Source: a cyanobacterium endosymbiont of Epithemia turgida isolate EtSB Lake Yunoko (lineage in GTDB: Bacteria > Cyanobacteriota > Cyanobacteriia > Cyanobacteriales > Microcystaceae). From it: a stretch of DNA of 32,000 bases. The notes under the pieces are model-generated. The model had not been told where the DNA came from, ran no database searches, and worked only from the letters and a program-made list of their open reading frames with translations. The stretch covers positions 510,001 to 542,000 of the forward strand of contig NZ_AP012549.1 in assembly GCF_000829235.1 (NCBI RefSeq), read 5' to 3'. A program made the position numbers and the translations under genes. Below are positions 28,215 through 32,000 of this stretch, piece by piece (positions within the stretch are counted from its first letter, which is position 1; each line of letters opens with the position of its first letter).

Positions 28215-28420
28215 TTATAAAGTTGCACAAAACAAAATTTTATAGCTGATTTAGATAGTTTATAAGTTTTTTAACAAACAAATATTTGTAAATTTATTAC
28301 ACTAATTAATCATTTGTAATTTATGAGCCTTCAAAGACCACTAATCAGGGCAAGATCAAGATTAAAATATAGGACAGAGATACCTATCTTGATTTGGACA
28401 GAATTACTCCCGCTAGTCCG

Positions 28421-29900
28421 ATGCTGACTCTAAAACAATTTCTTCACCCTGTCCCGATTTGTCAATATTCTATCACCATTAAAGAGATTACTACCCTATT
28501 TCGCTCAGGGAAGTATGAGGGGCTAGTAATAGTAGATTGTGCCTAAAAGCCATTAGGTATGGTCTGTGTCCATTATCTTCTTTCTTTACTCCTAAAACAA
28601 TCTTTTGAGGCTATGCCTTCGTCGTTTAGGGTTTTTCAAAACGATAGTCAAGTATCTCAATCGTTGATGCTAGATAACCTAGAGAACTTGTCAATTCCTG
28701 TAGTACTTATTCCTTATGACTTAAAAGTAATAGATTTTTTTGCCTATTGACAAGACAAAAATATTGACCGAAGAATTTCTCCCACCTATGGACTTGTAAA
28801 TGACAGTGGAGATTTTCAGGAACTTCTCGATAGCTAATGCTAAAAGCTTTTTTAACTCAAACTCTTCCTATTACCCCTCAACCGTCTTTATTATTCACCT
28901 ATCGTTACTGATCGAATTGTTAGAGCAATTTCCCCTACCCGTTCCGTTACAAACACAACAGAAAAACATGATACAATAAAATTACTTGTGGCGTGAGCCA
29001 ATTGAGAAGTTAATTCTCTCCAATAATACTAGTGTTTGCTTCTTATCAAGTCAAAAATTACAATTCCTTTCGGATCAAGTTGTCGCATTGGCCCAAACTC
29101 CCACCTTTTACTTTCCTTCCCCTACTACTTAGCAGAGGGGTTTTCTCTAACAAGTCACCCTTCTTGTTCTCAATGGTTTCAATCTGTTCCTGAAAAGCTT
29201 AAACCTCAATATTTTCTAACCGATACCAATTCTTTACATTCTCTTTTGCCTTCTCCTAGTTCATTAATAGAGTATAATCTGGGCAAAGAAAGAGTTTCGA
29301 CCATCGTATTCGTGAAGGCGATAATATCGAACAAGTCCAAATATTAACTAAATGTTTGGCAAGTAGATGTAGTAGTCTTACATGAACGTTATCTTGATGA
29401 TCCAACCGATTAGGTGCAATCACTTTCTAAACAACTCAGACTAGCTGAGTTACTCTTAGTCACCCTAGACCTAAAAACAACCAAAGCAGCCAATCGAGTT
29501 AAAAATCCATCTGTTTTTCCTTGCTTAAATCCTTGAAATCAGCAAAATATTTAGCAATTATGGCAGGTAATTTATATTGCTGCCTCAAGTACCCTTTAAG
29601 ATCCCTAAGTAATAAGGTACATAGTGTAAGGCGGTTGATCAACTCCTTCGATGAATTCCCAATGAGTTAATTGGGTCTTTAGCTCCCGCGCGGAGTACCT
29701 CATGGTATAAACAAAAGAGAACGCATCGAACTGTAGAGGAATTTCGCAATATCTTAGGTCTGAGATGAAAACACACTCAAGGCTCGGCGACTAAAGCTGA
29801 TGAAAAGTTGACGATACTGACTGTGGAGGTATTTGGGTGGGATAGATCAATAGGAGTGTTTTGTATCTATAAAATATAGTTGAAATAGCAGGGTTTTATG
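28421..29900 (+). pseudogene. Large sensor histidine kinase remnant (CBS-like N-terminus, sensory region, degenerate H-box), 3' part deleted; limits approximate
   Basis: From ATG at 28421 the + strand reads MLTLKQFLHPVPICQYSITIKEITTLFRSGKYEGLVIVDCA*KPLGMVCVHYLLSLLLKQ.., a CBS-like pattern with an in-frame TAA at 28544-28546. Later fragments, separated by stops and frame changes, include IELLEQFPLPVPLQTQQKNMIQ*NYLWREPIEKL (28911 onward). Around 29490-29560 there is QPIELKIHLFFLA*ILEISKIFSNYG, which resembles a HisKA H-box (..LK.EFLA.ISHELKTPL..I.G) with the His lost. No HATPase_c region fits before plsC at 29943. Track ORFs 28559-28750 and 29036-29347 are fragments of this remnant. Confidence 0.45.
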
Positions 29901-29942
29901 GCGAGGAACAAAAAGCCCGCACTTATCAAAACTGTCAATAGT

Positions 29943-30593
29943 CTAACGCCCTAAATCATGCATTTTATTAATGGCCATAGTACATTGTTGGGTAACGGCT
30001 GTTAATTCTGTACGTTTAACTGATGCAGGGGGATCGATTAAGGTTCCAATGCGGAGAGTAACAGGAACAGGAAGGGGAATACTAACCCCTTTAGGTAGAA
30101 TTTTATGCGTTCCCCATAAACAGACTGGAAGTAGGGGAAGTTGAGCTTTAGCAGCAATCATGGCTGCTCCTAATTTTGGGTCATGAATACGACCATCTGT
30201 TGTGCGAGTTCCTTCAAGGAAAATACCTACAATCCATCCTTCTTTGAGAGCATTCAAGGCCGCTCGAATTGCCCCGCGATCACCTGAACTTCGTTTGACA
30301 GGATAAGCTCCATATAACTTAATTCCCTCCTTTAGAAGGGGAATCTCAAATAACTCTTGTTTAGCCATATATGCCACAGGACGACCAACTCCACTGCCCA
30401 AAATAGGAGGATCAAAATAACTAGCGTGGTTACTGACAATAATTAAAGGATGTTTTAGCGGAACATTTTCCAGTCCATAAATCTTTCCTCGGAAATAAGT
30501 ATAGAAGATTGGAGTAATAATAATTCCCTTAAATAAATAATAAAGAATTAAATTTTTAAGAGTTTCTCGTTCACGAAATTCACTGTTAGGCAT
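29943..30593 (-). CDS. plsC: 1-acyl-sn-glycerol-3-phosphate acyltransferase
   Basis: 216 aa with ATG at 30591-30593. It has the acyltransferase H(X)4D motif (VSNHASYFDPPIL) plus FLEGTRT and a downstream PVxP block (IPLPVPV). Confidence 0.85.
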   Translation of the reverse strand: MPNSEFRERETLKNLILYYLFKGIIITPIFYTYFRGKIYGLENVPLKHPLIIVSNHASYFDPPILGSGVGRPVAYMAKQELFEIPLLKEGIKLYGAYPVKRSSGDRGAIRAALNALKEGWIVGIFLEGTRTTDGRIHDPKLGAAMIAAKAQLPLLPVCLWGTHKILPKGVSIPLPVPVTLRIGTLIDPPASVKRTELTAVTQQCTMAINKMHDLGR

Positions 30594-31269
30594 GGTGATT
30601 ACTTATTTTTTTCTGAATTTTTTCCCCTTAATCAAACCATCCTATATTCTCATCGGTTAGTTCCTCATTAAATAACGAGGGTGCAACATAACGTCTAAAT
30701 GAGCACAGTGGTTGACTTGTCTGAGATTTTTTAGTTTTGATAAACATTGCTACTTGAGACTTAAGAGAAGATCTGAAGACATGTGATTTTTAGGCTGCTT
30801 CAGTTTTGAGTTTATCAATAAATTATTGTTATTGAGTTAATTGAATAGATATCTCTTCCTTTTTGTTAGTTACGTGTAAAGCTTTTTAACTAGTTGTCTT
30901 TGTGCTTCTAATTCTATCCGGTATTGATTCACTTTTTGAGTATCTAGCTCAAGAGTTGTGAGCAATATTTTTTTGTCATAAGCTCATTTGTAGATCATTG
31001 ACTTGTTAGTTGGTTTTATCTAAAATTTTAGTTTATTCCCTAATTTTAACTTCAAGTTCAGCTTTAATCGTGTGAATTAACCTAGAATTAATTGGTCGTG
31101 GATTGTGATGATGCGAGATCCTGAGGACTTTTTTTGGCTGTGTCTGAAGTATTTTTAGGCGCATCTAAGAAAACCTCTTCCTTGAAGAAATCAGATAAGC
31201 TTTTCTTTGTCATAATTTACTTCAATCTCATTGGAACTCTTCTGTTAGCATGCGATAATCCCCTTGGGC

Positions 31270-31792
31270 TTATTTGGCAGGGTTATCCCGCAATTCTGTA
31301 AGAGAAACTCCTTCTAATACCACTTGTTCATGAGCTTTATACTGACGAATAAAAGTATAGCCAGTGGGAATTGTCAATGGATTGAATAAAACTCGGTGAG
31401 CAGTTTTAAGCGATACTCCCATGGTGTGTACTATCTCAATTAAAGTTTTTAAATCCATCGGGGCTACTGGAGTAGTAAAAATTAAATAATCAGCAGACAT
31501 AATTACAGCTTTTAGAGCTTCTGAACACAAAGCTGGAGGTGTATTCACAATAATAAGTCTATAATTGCTGACGTGCTAGATTTTCGCTAATAATTTAGGA
31601 TTATTTTTTGCCGTTAAATCAAAGTTCATACATTCTTTTCCACGTCTAGTCCAACAAGTTGTATCCTTCTGAGGATAAAAATTTACTAACAAAACTTCTT
31701 GTTTTTTAACTACTACAGCCGTAAATTTAGCGGCTGTAGTAGTTAGTTTTACTTACGTCCCTTTACCGTTACCAACGGCAAGAAGTGATCAT
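31270..31792 (-). pseudogene. ParA/Soj-family ATPase, inactivated
   Basis: From ATG at 31790-31792 the minus strand reads MITSCRW, then changes frame to GNGKGT*VKLTTTAAKFTAVVVKKQEVLLVNFYPQKDTTCWTRRGKE...LLAKI*HVSNYRLIIVNTPPALCSEALKAVIMSADYLIFTTPVAPMDLK... This matches the ParA pattern (KGGVGKTTTA..LA......VLLVDLDPQ....W.....YD.IIIDTPP.L......AL.AAD.VI.P). The Walker A motif is destroyed by an in-frame TAA (31753-31755) and substitutions, and a second stop (TAG) lies at 31576-31578. The track ORF at 31270-31548 is only the C-terminal piece. Confidence 0.7.
31707..31745. repeat. Perfect inverted repeat (15-bp stem, 9-nt loop) inside the ParA remnant
   Basis: taactactacagccg (31707-31721) / cggctgtagtagtta (31731-31745). 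All pairs were checked. The arms encode ..LTTTA.. and ..TAVVV.. of the remnant. Confidence 0.9.
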
Positions 31793-32000
31793 TATCTCTC
31801 ACCATATCATGGGGGCTGACCTTTGGTCATTAATTGTCATTAAGCTAAATTGAATAATAGTGTTTCACTATCACTTAGAAAATCCTTCTTTAGGAATATT
31901 CTCTAAGTGATTAATCGCCGCTTCACATCCAGCATGAGTCAGTGAGTTTAGATAAATATGAAAATAGAAAAGTAGTTAAAGAAAAGCGATCTTCTATATG

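Noticed and set aside
30628-30747. 39-codon ORF (MFIKTKKSQTSQPLCSFRRYVAPSLFNEELTDENIGWFD) just upstream of plsC on the - strand
   Set aside because: It is below the size at which I can judge coding potential by eye, and I recognise no family. It could equally be the tail of a decayed gene.

Overview
This is a cyanobacterial chromosome segment that appears to be undergoing reductive genome evolution. It carries a kaiA-kaiB-kaiC clock locus, the tail of an OprB-type porin, an N-II-like amino-acid ABC transporter, and cyanobacteria-type FtsY, RsmH and GatA. About 46 % of the 32 kb is occupied by 14 apparently intact genes: gatA, tldD, ftsY, a membrane-anchored Ig/beta-propeller protein, a PF03773 permease with its TIGR03943 partner, natG/natF-like ABC components, a DUF4168-like lipoprotein, rsmH, kaiC, kaiA, plsC and a partial porin. 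The rest falls into two classes. The first is seven pseudogenes that I reconstructed by hand translation: kaiB, cobH, cobL, two sensor histidine kinases, a TRAP/DctP-type binding protein and a ParA-like ATPase. The second is very AT-rich gene deserts with no ORF of 60 aa or more (224-1577, 3027-5780, 10564-12751, 27226-28420). The most interesting observation is that kaiB is dead, with an in-frame TAA plus a 1-nt deletion, while the flanking kaiA and kaiC look intact. I do not know this clock configuration from any described lineage. Other observations are as follows. Three of the frameshifts lie in long homopolymer tracts (a fourth, in cobH, lies in short runs), so they could be real decay, slippage-rescuable lesions or sequencing error. 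The deserts and pseudogenes carry unrelated perfect hairpins: a 25-bp stem at 4073-4125, a 21-bp stem at 8525-8569, five between 27382 and 28214, and one inside the ParA remnant. A T6-9/A6-9 junction motif recurs seven times, only in non-coding DNA. I saw no rRNA, tRNA, CRISPR array or intact mobile element. The overall pattern fits a host-restricted or endosymbiotic Chroococcales-like cyanobacterium. That assignment, and all homology calls, rest on hand translation and my memory of protein families, not on a database search.
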